Source: Eledone cirrhosa
Lineage: Eukaryota
Length of the DNA: 64,000 nt
Direction: 5' to 3'
Assembly (NCBI GenBank): GCA_964016885.1
Contig: OZ024746.1
Span: forward strand, 62,186,001 to 62,250,000
This document shows positions 37,642-54,300 of this stretch, piece after piece; position 1 is the first letter of the stretch, and each line of letters begins with the position of its first letter. Under the pieces are notes generated by a model. It saw nothing but the letters and a program-made list of their open reading frames with translations. It did no database searches and had not been told where the DNA came from. Position numbers and translations under genes: made by a program.

Positions 37642-37822
37642 ATATATATATGTATGTATATATATATATATATATATGTATGTATATATATATATATATA
37701 TATGTATGTATATATATATATATATATATGTATGTATATATATATATATATATGTATGTATATATATATGTATATATGTATGTATATATATATGTATATA
37801 TGTATGTATATATATATGTATG

Positions 37823-37853
<31 letters not shown>

Positions 37854-37855
37854 AT

Positions 37856-38868
37856 GTTTTCTCTTTCTCTTAATTTTGAGTATATTTTTTGACCGGCCAC
37901 CTTCCTGGTGGCAAGGTTGTAAAAGAAAAGAAATTGTCATCCCTTGAATCGCAAGAATGTTTTGCAAATTTTGAAGGTGCCAGCTATCGCAGCCATTTGT
38001 AGACTATGAATTAGGGAGCTGCGCTTTTTGTCCGCAAATCCAAGTTCAGTCATACTTTGGTCCAAGCGGGTTGGTATATAACCCGTAGCACCAATAATGA
38101 TGGGTATGAAGCTAAAGGTGTATCTTGGATACTGGATTTGTAAACTCCTCATCAATGGTCCGTAGATGTCCTCCTTCTCCTGTATTTTTCTGACAATGTT
38201 TACATCAAGTGGGCAGCTGATCTCCACAACAGAACACGTTTTCAATGTGTGGTCCCAAACTACAATATCAGGCCGGTTGTGCTTTAATTTGGTGGCAGTT
38301 TTTATTTTCAGGTTCCACCAGTATTCCTTAGTGCCATCTGTCTCAATATATTCTTCCTCGTTTGTTGTTGATTTTGTTTTCCGAAGTGCGTTCCAGATGG
38401 TTCTAGCTATCCCATCGTGTCTCATGGGGAGGTAGTAGCGAGATGACATTCTTTCGCAGCTGGCAACAATGTGGCTTACATCCTCGATCTTTGTTTTACA
38501 TAGCCTACATTTTGTGCAGCAGATATTTGGTAGGGAGTTCTTGTTCCTGTATTGCATAGAGATATCCCTCAAGGTGTGATGTCATAAACTTGTCGGAACT
38601 CCATGCCAGGCTTTTTGAGTGGTTTATCCCCTCTATGGTCTGTGTTTTACGCCTCAAGTATCCATGCACAACTTTTTCTGTAAATTGTCCAATTTTTTTT
38701 TCTTGTTTGAACATTGAATAGGATCTTCCGATTTCTCTGGGTGAGAGATTTATATCGGGCTTTATTCCATATCTCTCCTCCAGATCAGTCGCTATTCTAA
38801 TGATTTTTCTTTTTTCATGGTCATAAACCTGGGCAAGATGGTTGCCAACCTTTTTCCTCTGTTGAAGG
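37856..38868 (-). mobile_element. Second, 5'-truncated copy of the R4/Dong-like element
   Basis: Near-identical to 17096-18137 with a short deletion at ~38510. Same 3' junction into TATG repeats. Confidence 0.92.
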
Positions 38869-39000
38869 TGTGTATGTATGTATGTATGTATGTATATATG
38901 TATGTATATATGTATGTATATATATATATATGTATGTATGTATATATATGTATGTATATATGTATGTATATATATATATATATGTATGTATATATGTATG

Positions 39001-39031
<31 letters not shown>

Positions 39032-39176
39032 ATATGTATGTATATATATATGTATGTATATATATATGTATATATATATATATATATATGTATGTATATA
39101 TATATATGTATGTATATATGTATATATGTATATATGTATATATATATATATGTGTGTATGTATATATGTGTGTATG

Positions 39177-39210
<34 letters not shown>

Positions 39211-39244
39211 TGTATGTATGTATATATGTATGTATATATATTAT

Positions 39245-39852
39245 GTCAGGTCACCAGTTGGTGCTACTGGTAACATGTATTCCAGTACAACCTGTCCCAT
39301 GGTCGGGTCGTTGGCGACTAAACTGGCAACCCCACCAAGGTTTCTTGGTGAGGAGGGTGACTTTGGACATCCTGCAGGACTAAAAACAAAACCTGTCAAA
39401 AGGCAAAGGAGCTCTTAAGAATCAATGGCCATCCAAAATCACCGGGAGAGATGACCCCTTAGCCTTTGTCAAGGCAGAATTCTAGGAGAAGGAAAACTCT
39501 GATATAACACCTGCAACCCTGATGGTATCCAATGATGTTGACTTGTTCTTCTTTTTGGTAAATATCATCTTGGTTAAGAGAGTGGGACTGGCTTTGTGCA
39601 GTGCCTTTGCTCACTATAAAAGCTTCACGGCACAGGCATTGCTTTATATCTGGAGATCTCTCTGCATTTGTCGTCACATGGTACCATGGGCCCAGCACTA
39701 TGTGTCAATAATTGTCACAAGTGTAGTGTTTGTACCAGAGCTTTCAAGTCGCTGGCTGGACTAAAAAGTCACACTCGTTCAGCGCATCAGTAGGGGTTCT
39801 CCTACATGGATATAAAGTTGTGGCCGTACTCGAAAACGAGTTGGCAGCCACC
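39245..39852 (+). mobile_element. RTE-derived element, copy 4
   Basis: Full-length homolog of copy 1. Confidence 0.9.
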
Positions 39853-39920
39853 ATATATATATGTATGTATGTATGTATGTATATATGTATGTATATATAT
39901 ATGTATGTATGTATGTATGT

Positions 39921-39954
<34 letters not shown>

Positions 39955-39964
39955 GTATGTATAT

Positions 39965-40012
<48 letters not shown>

Positions 40013-40078
40013 GTATTTATGTATATATATATGTGTATGTATATATATATATGTATTGGAATAAATGCTCTGAAATAG

Positions 40079-40278
40079 NNNNNNNNNNNNNNNNNNNNNN
40101 NNNNNNNNNNNNNNNNNNNNNNNNNNNNNNNNNNNNNNNNNNNNNNNNNNNNNNNNNNNNNNNNNNNNNNNNNNNNNNNNNNNNNNNNNNNNNNNNNNNN
40201 NNNNNNNNNNNNNNNNNNNNNNNNNNNNNNNNNNNNNNNNNNNNNNNNNNNNNNNNNNNNNNNNNNNNNNNNNNNNNN
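40079..40278. other. Assembly gap (200 N)
   Basis: Run of N. Confidence 1.
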
Positions 40279-40386
<108 letters not shown>

Positions 40387-40393
40387 TTATATG

Positions 40394-40470
<77 letters not shown>

Positions 40471-40475
40471 GTATA

Positions 40476-40518
<43 letters not shown>

Positions 40519-40569
40519 GTATATATATATATGTATATATATGTGTATATATATGTGTATATATATATG

Positions 40570-40618
<49 letters not shown>

Positions 40619-40630
40619 GTATATATATGT

Positions 40631-40662
<32 letters not shown>

Positions 40663-40695
40663 GTATATATATGTATATATATATGTATATATATG

Positions 40696-40814
<119 letters not shown>

Positions 40815-40819
40815 GTATG

Positions 40820-40854
<35 letters not shown>

Positions 40855-40867
40855 GTATATATATATG

Positions 40868-40926
<59 letters not shown>

Positions 40927-40931
40927 GTATG

Positions 40932-40970
<39 letters not shown>

Positions 40971-40983
40971 GTATATATATATG

Positions 40984-41398
40984 TGAATATAGACATAGAA
41001 TATTCGAAAATATTCTGTATGTTTATAATAAACATTTTGAAGACCTAATCGCTATAGAATAGAATACGTCACGTATTACAATTAGATTCTCGATAAAAGC
41101 AAGGGAAGTAAATCTACGCGTTTCATTCTTATTAGAAATCGTCAGGACTACATATCCAGTGCTTTTATCGAGAATGACACAGCTAGAGACTTATAGAATA
41201 CTTAGCTGTGTACAGGAACTGGTTTGAAAGAGCGGTTGCCGGTCCGGCAGAAATTAGAAATTGGAATAAATGCTCTGAAATAGCGATATATATGTGAATA
41301 TAGACATAGAATATTCGAAAATATTCTGTATGTTTATAATAAACATTTTGAAGACCTAATCGCTATAGAATAGAATACGTCATGTATTACAATTAGAT
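40984..41398 (-). mobile_element. Isolated ~1.3-mer of the 310-bp hammerhead repeat, variant sequence
   Basis: Homologous to the 48591 array. The hammerhead on the - strand at ~41108-41151 has core CTGACGA. Confidence 0.9.
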
Positions 41399-41427
41399 AT
41401 ATATATGTATATATATATATATGTATG

Positions 41428-41459
<32 letters not shown>

Positions 41460-41513
41460 TATGTGTATATATATATATATATATGTGTGTATATATATGT
41501 GTATATATATATG

Positions 41514-41587
<74 letters not shown>

Positions 41588-41617
41588 TATGTGTATATAT
41601 ATGTGTATATATATATG

Positions 41618-41648
<31 letters not shown>

Positions 41649-41685
41649 GTATATATATGTGTATATATATGTGTATATATATATG

Positions 41686-41720
<35 letters not shown>

Positions 41721-41741
41721 GTATATATGTGTATATATATG

Positions 41742-41778
<37 letters not shown>

Positions 41779-41823
41779 GTATATATATATATGTATATAT
41801 ATATATATGTATATATATGTATA

Positions 41824-41866
<43 letters not shown>

Positions 41867-41907
41867 ATATATATATGTATATATATATATATGTATATAT
41901 ATATATG

Positions 41908-41938
<31 letters not shown>

Positions 41939-42117
41939 GTATATGTATATATATATATATGTATATATATATATGTATATATATATATATGTATATGTAT
42001 ATATATATATATGTATATATATATATGTATATATATATATATGTATATATATATATGTATATATATATATATGTATATATATATATGTATATATATATAT
42101 ATGTATATATATATATG

Positions 42118-42148
<31 letters not shown>

Positions 42149-42563
42149 GTATATATATATTATATGTATATGTATATATGTATATATATATATGTATATA
42201 TATATATGTATATATATATATATGTATATATATATATGTATATGTATATATATGTATATGTATATATATGTATATATATATATATGTATATATATAATAT
42301 GTATATGTATATATATATTTATATATATATATGTATATATATATATATGTATATATTTATATATATATATGTATATATATATATGTATATATATATATAT
42401 GTATATATTTATATATATATATGTATATATATATGTATATATATATATATGTATATATTTATATATATATATGTATATATATATATATGTATATATATAT
42501 ATGTATATATTTATATATATATATGTATATATATATATATGTATATATTTATATATATATATG

Positions 42564-42630
<67 letters not shown>

Positions 42631-42653
42631 ATATATATTTATATGTATATATG

Positions 42654-42690
<37 letters not shown>

Positions 42691-42915
42691 GCATATATAT
42701 ATATATGTATATATATATATATGCATATATATATATATGTATATATATATATATGCATATATATATATATGTATATATATATATATGCATATATATATAT
42801 ATGTATATATATATATATGTATATATATATATGTATATATGTATGTATATATATATATATGTATATATATATATGTATATATGTATGTATATATATATTT
42901 ATATGTATATATATG

Positions 42916-42962
<47 letters not shown>

Positions 42963-42963
42963 G

Positions 42964-43050
<87 letters not shown>

Positions 43051-43070
43051 GTATATATATGTTATGTTAT
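41399..43070. repeat. (TA)nTG microsatellite
   Basis: Read directly from the sequence. Confidence 0.95.
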
Positions 43071-43679
43071 GTCAGGTCCACCAGTTGGTGCTACTGGTAA
43101 CATGTATCCCAGTACAACCTGTCTCATGGTCGGGTCGTTGGCGACTAAACTGGCAACCCCACCAAGGTTTCTTGGTGAGGAGGGTGACTTTGGACATCCT
43201 GCAGGACTAAAAATAAAACCTGTCAAAGGGCAAGGGAGCTCTTAAGACTCAATAGCCATCCAAAATCACCGGGAGAGATGACCCCTTAGCCTTTGTCAAG
43301 GCAGAATTCTAGGAGAAGGAAAACTCTGATATAACACCTGCAACCCTGATGGTATCCAATGATGTTGACTTGTTCTTCTTTTTGGTAAATATCATCTTGG
43401 TTAAGAGAGTGGGACTGGCTTTGTGCAGTGCCTTTGCTCACTATAAAAGCTTCACAGCACAGGCATTGCTTTATATCTGGAGATCTCTCTGCACTTGTCA
43501 TCACATGGTATCATGGGCCCTGCACTATGTGTCAATAATGGTCACAAGTGTAGTCTTTGTGCCAGAGTTTTCAAGTCGCTGGCTGGACTAAAAAGTCACA
43601 TTCGTTCAGCGCATCGGTAGGGGTTCTCCTACATGGATATAAAGTAGTGGCCGTACTCGAAAACGAGTTGGCAGCCACC
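43071..43679 (+). mobile_element. RTE-derived element, copy 5
   Basis: Full-length homolog; shares the CTGTCTCATGG and AAATAAAACC variants with the autonomous RTE 5' UTR. Confidence 0.9.
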
Positions 43680-46410
<2,731 letters not shown>

Positions 46411-46413
<3 letters not shown>

Positions 46414-46655
46414 ACTTTGAATAACTTTGAAATGTTTTGGCCAGTATTGGCCCAGGCCATGTCTAACTTAATAGCACCACCTGGCGAAGTCTTTCAATTC
46501 AGGATTTGGGCACCATGGCCCATTCGAGAAGAGAATTACTGTTTGCGGAGACATATCCGGGTGTGGGTGGTTTGTCCGGGATTACTTGGAGGAATTTGTC
46601 CAAAGACTTCTTGAATTTTGTGTGGTCAGTTTCTGTTTTGACGTGTCCTGGTGTG
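46411..46655 (-). mobile_element. Short 3' fragment of the CR1/L2-group LINE
   Basis: Reverse complement of ~33783-34026, apparently identical. Confidence 0.92.
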
Positions 46656-48590
<1,935 letters not shown>

Positions 48591-51304
48591 TGAATATAGA
48601 CATAGAATATTCGAAAATATTCTGTATGTTTATAATAAACATTTTGAAGACCTAATCGCTATAGAATAGAATACGTCACGTATTACAATTAGATTCTCGA
48701 TAAAAGCAAGGGAAGTAATCTACGCGTTTCATTCTTGTTAGAAATCATCAGGACTACATATCCAGTGCTTTTATCGAGAATGACACAGCTAGAGACTTAT
48801 AGAATACTTAGCTGTGTACAGGAACTGGTTTGAAAGAGTGGTTGCCGGTCCGGCAGAAATTAGAAATTGGAATAAATGCTCTGAAATAGCGATATATATG
48901 TGAATATAGACATAGAATATTCGAAAATATTCTGTATGTTTATAATAAACATTTTGAAGACCTAATCGCTATAGAATAGAATACGTCACGTATTACAATT
49001 AGATTCTCGATAAAAGCAAGGGAAGTAATCTACGCGTTTCATTCTTGTTAGAAATCATCAGGACTACATATCCAGTGCTTTTATCGAGAATGACACAGCT
49101 AGAGACTTATAGAATACTTAGCTGTGTACAGGAACTGGTTTGAAAGAGTGGTTGCCGGTCCGGCAGAAATTAGAAATTGGAATAAATGCTCTGAAATAGC
49201 GATATATATGTGAATATAGACATAGAATATTCGAAAATATTCTGTATGTTTATAATAAACATTTTGAAGACCTAATCGCTATAGAATAGAATACGTCACG
49301 TATTACAATTAGATTCTCGATAAAAGCAAGGGAAGTAATCTACGCGTTTCATTCTTGTTAGAAATCATCAGGACTACATATCCAGTGCTTTTATCGAGAA
49401 TGACACAGCTAGAGACTTATAGAATACTTAGCTGTGTACAGGAACTGGTTTGAAAGAGTGGTTGCCGGTCCGGCAGAAATTAGAAATTGGAATAAATGCT
49501 CTGAAATAGCGATATATATGTGAATATAGACATAGAATATTCGAAAATATTCTGTATGTTTATAATAAACATTTTGAAGACCTAATCGCTATAGAATAGA
49601 ATACGTCACGTATTACAATTAGATTCTCGATAAAAGCAAGGGAAGTAATCTACGCGTTTCATTCTTGTTAGAAATCATCAGGACTACATATCCAGTGCTT
49701 TTATCGAGAATGACACAGCTAGAGACTTATAGAATACTTAGCTGTGTACAGGAACTGGTTTGAAAGAGTGGTTGCCGGTCCGGCAGAAATTAGAAATTGG
49801 AATAAATGCTCTGAAATAGCGATATATATGTGAATATAGACATAGAATATTCGAAAATATTCTGTATGTTTATAATAAACATTTTGAAGACCTAATCGCT
49901 ATAGAATAGAATACGTCACGTATTACAATTAGATTCTCGATAAAAGCAAGGGAAGTAATCTACGCGTTTCATTCTTGTTAGAAATCATCAGGACTACATA
50001 TCCAGTGCTTTTATCGAGAATGACACAGCTAGAGACTTATAGAATACTTAGCTGTGTACAGGAACTGGTTTGAAAGAGTGGTTGCCGGTCCGGCAGAAAT
50101 TAGAAATTGGAATAAATGCTCTGAAATAGCGATATATATGTGAATATAGACATAGAATATTCGAAAATATTCTGTATGTTTATAATAAACATTTTGAAGA
50201 CCTAATCGCTATAGAATAGAATACGTCACGTATTACAATTAGATTCTCGATAAAAGCAAGGGAAGTAATCTACGCGTTTCATTCTTGTTAGAAATCATCA
50301 GGACTACATATCCAGTGCTTTTATCGAGAATGACACAGCTAGAGACTTATAGAATACTTAGCTGTGTACAGGAACTGGTTTGAAAGAGTGGTTGCCGGTC
50401 CGGCAGAAATTAGAAATTGGAATAAATGCTCTGAAATAGCGATATATATGTGAATATAGACATAGAATATTCGAAAATATTCTGTATGTTTATAATAAAC
50501 ATTTTGAAGACCTAATCGCTATAGAATAGAATACGTCACGTATTACAATTAGATTCTCGATAAAAGCAAGGGAAGTAATCTACGCGTTTCATTCTTGTTA
50601 GAAATCATCAGGACTACATATCCAGTGCTTTTATCGAGAATGACACAGCTAGAGACTTATAGAATACTTAGCTGTGTACAGGAACTGGTTTGAAAGAGTG
50701 GTTGCCGGTCCGGCAGAGATTAGAAATTGGAATAAATGCTCTGAAATAGCGATATATATGTGAATATAGACATAGAATATTCGAAAATATTCTGTATGTT
50801 TATAATAAACATTTTGAAGACCTAATCGCTATAGAATAGAATACGTCACGTATTACAATTAGATTCTCGATAAAAGCAAGGGAAGTAATCTACGCGTTTC
50901 ATTCTTGTTAGAAATCATCAGGACTACATATCCAGTGCTTTTATCGAGAATGACACAGCTAGAGACTTATAGAATACTTAGCTGTGTACAGGAACTGGTT
51001 TGAAAGAGTGGTTGCCGGTCCGGCAGAAATTAGAAATTGGAATAAATGCTCTGAAATAGCGATATATATGTGAATATAGACATAGAATATTCGAAAATAT
51101 TCTGTATGTTTATAATAAACATTTTGAAGACCTAATCGCTATAGAATAGAATACGTCACGTATTACAATTAGATTCTCGATAAAAGCAAGGGAAGTAATC
51201 TACGCGTTTCATTCTTGTTAGAAATCATCAGGACTACATATCCAGTGCTTTTATCGAGAATGACACAGCTAGAGACTTATAGAATACTTAGCTGTGTACA
51301 GGAA
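48591..51304 (-). repeat. 310-bp tandem array, left arm (8 full + 1 partial monomers; 9 hammerheads on the - strand)
   Basis: TGAATATAGACATAG recurs at 48591, 48901 ... 51071. Each unit has GTAATCTACGCGTTTC...TCATCAGGACTAC. Confidence 0.97.
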
Positions 51305-54300
51305 TATTCACATATATATCGCTATTTCAGAGCATTTATTCCAATTTCTAATTTCTGCCGGACCGGCAACCACTCTTTCAAACCAGTTCCTGTACACAGC
51401 TAAGTATTCTATAAGTCTCTAGCTGTGTCATTCTCGATAAAAGCACTGGATATGTAGTCCTGATGATTTCTAACAAGAATGAAACGCGTAGATTACTTCC
51501 CTTGCTTTTATCGAGAATCTAATTGTAATACGTGACGTATTCTATTCTATAGCGATTAGGTCTTCAAAATGTTTATTATAAACATACAGAATATTTTCGA
51601 ATATTCTAGTGTCTATATTCACATATATATCGCTATTTCAGAGCATTTATTCCAATTTCTAATTTCTGCCGGACCGGCAACCACTCTTTCAAACCAGTTC
51701 CTGTACACAGCTAAGTATTCTATAAGTCTCTAGCTGTGTCATTCTCGATAAAAGCACTGGATATGTAGTCCTGATGATTTCTAACAAGAATGAAACGCGT
51801 AGATTACTTCCCTTGCTTTTATCGAGAATCTAATTGTAATACGTGACGTATTCTATTCTATAGCGATTAGGTCTTCAAAATGTTTATTATAAACATACAG
51901 AATATTTTCGAATATTCTATGTCTATATTCACATATATATCGCTATTTCAGAGCATTTATTCCAATTTCTAATTTCTGCCGGACCGGCAACCACTCTTTC
52001 AAACCAGTTCCTGTACACAGCTAAGTATTCTATAAGTCTCTAGCTGTGTCATTCTCGATAAAAGCACTGGATATGTAGTCCTGATGATTTCTAACAAGAA
52101 TGAAACGCGTAGATTACTTCCCTTGCTTTTATCGAGAATCTAATTGTAATACGTGACGTATTCTATTCTATAGCGATTAGGTCTTCAAAATGTTTATTAT
52201 AAACATACAGAATATTTTCGAATATTCTATGTCTATATTCACATATATATCGCTATTTCAGAGCATTTATTCCAATTTCTAATTTCTGCCGGACCGGCAA
52301 CCACTCTTTCAAACCAGTTCCTGTACACAGCTAAGTATTCTATAAGTCTCTAGCTGTGTCATTCTCGATAAAAGCACTGGATATGTAGTCCTGATGATTT
52401 CTAACAAGAATGAAACGCGTAGATTACTTCCCTTGCTTTTATCGAGAATCTAATTGTAATACGTGACGTATTCTATTCTATAGCGATTAGGTCTTCAAAA
52501 TGTTTATTATAAACATACAGAATATTTTCGAATATTCTATGTCTATATTCACATATATATCGCTATTTCAGAGCATTTATTCCAATTTCTAATTTCTGCC
52601 GGACCGGCAACCACTCTTTCAAACCAGTTCCTGTACACAGCTAAGTATTCTATAAGTCTCTAGCTGTGTCATTCTCGATAAAAGCACTGGATATGTAGTC
52701 CTGATGATTTCTAACAAGAATGAAACGCGTAGATTACTTCCCTTGCTTTTATCGAGAATCTAATTGTAATACGTGACGTATTCTATTCTATAGCGATTAG
52801 GTCTTCAAAATGTTTATTATAAACATACAGAATATTTTCGAATATTCTATGTCTATATTCACATATATATCGCTATTTCAGAGCATTTATTCCAATTTCT
52901 AATTTCTGCCGGACCGGCAACCACTCTTTCAAACCAGTTCCTGTACACAGCTAAGTATTCTATAAGTCTCTAGCTGTGTCATTCTCGATAAAAGCACTGG
53001 ATATGTAGTCCTGATGATTTCTAACAAGAATGAAACGCGTAGATTACTTCCCTTGCTTTTATCGAGAATCTAATTGTAATACGTGACGTATTCTATTCTA
53101 TAGCGATTAGGTCTTCAAAATGTTTATTATAAACATACAGAATATTTTCGAATATTCTATGTCTATATTCACATATATATCGCTATTTCAGAGCATTTAT
53201 TCCAATTTCTAATTTCTGCCGGACCGGCAACCACTCTTTCAAACCAGTTCCTGTACACAGCTAAGTATTCTATAAGTCGCTAGCTGTGTCATTCTCGATA
53301 AAAGCACTGGATATGTAGTCCTGATGATTTCTAACAAGAATGAAACGCGTAGATTACTTCCCTTGCTTTTATCGAGAATCTAATTGTAATACGTGACGTA
53401 TTCTATTCTATAGCGATTAGGTCTTCAAAATGTTTATTATAAACATACAGAATATTTTCGAATATTCTATGTCTATATTCACATATATATCGCTATTTCA
53501 GAGCATTTATTCCAATTTCTAATTTCTGCCGGACCGGCAACCACTCTTTCAAACCAGTTCCTGTACACAGCTAAGTATTCTATAAGTCTCTAGCTGTGTC
53601 ATTCTCGATAAAAGCACTGGATATGTAGTCCTGATGATTTCTAACAAGAATGAAACGCGTAGATTACTTCCCTTGCTTTTATCGAGAATCTAATTGTAAT
53701 ACGTGACGTATTCTATTCTATAGCGATTAGGTCTTCAAAATGTTTATTATAAACATACAGAATATTTTCGAATATTCTATGTCTATATTCACATATATAT
53801 CGCTATTTCAGAGCATTTATTCCAATTTCTAATTTCTGCCGGACCGGCAACCACTCTTTCAAACCAGTTCCTGTACACAGCTAAGTATTCTATAAGTCTC
53901 TAGCTGTGTCATTCTCGATAAAAGCACTGGATATGTAGTCCTGATGATTTCTAACAAGAATGAAACGCGTAGATTACTTCCCTTGCTTTTATCGAGAATC
54001 TAATTGTAATACGTGACGTATTCTATTCTATAGCGATTAGGTCTTCAAAATGTTTATTATAAACATACAGAATATTTTCGAATATTCTATGTCTATATTC
54101 ACATATATATCGCTATTTCAGAGCATTTATTCCAATTTCTAATTTCTGCCGGACCGGCAACCACTCTTTCAAACCAGTTCCTGTACACAGCTAAGTATTC
54201 TATAAGTCTCTAGCTGTGTCATTCTCGATAAAAGCACTGGATATGTAGTCCTGATGATTTCTAACAAGAATGAAACGCGTAGATTACTTCCCTTGCTTTT

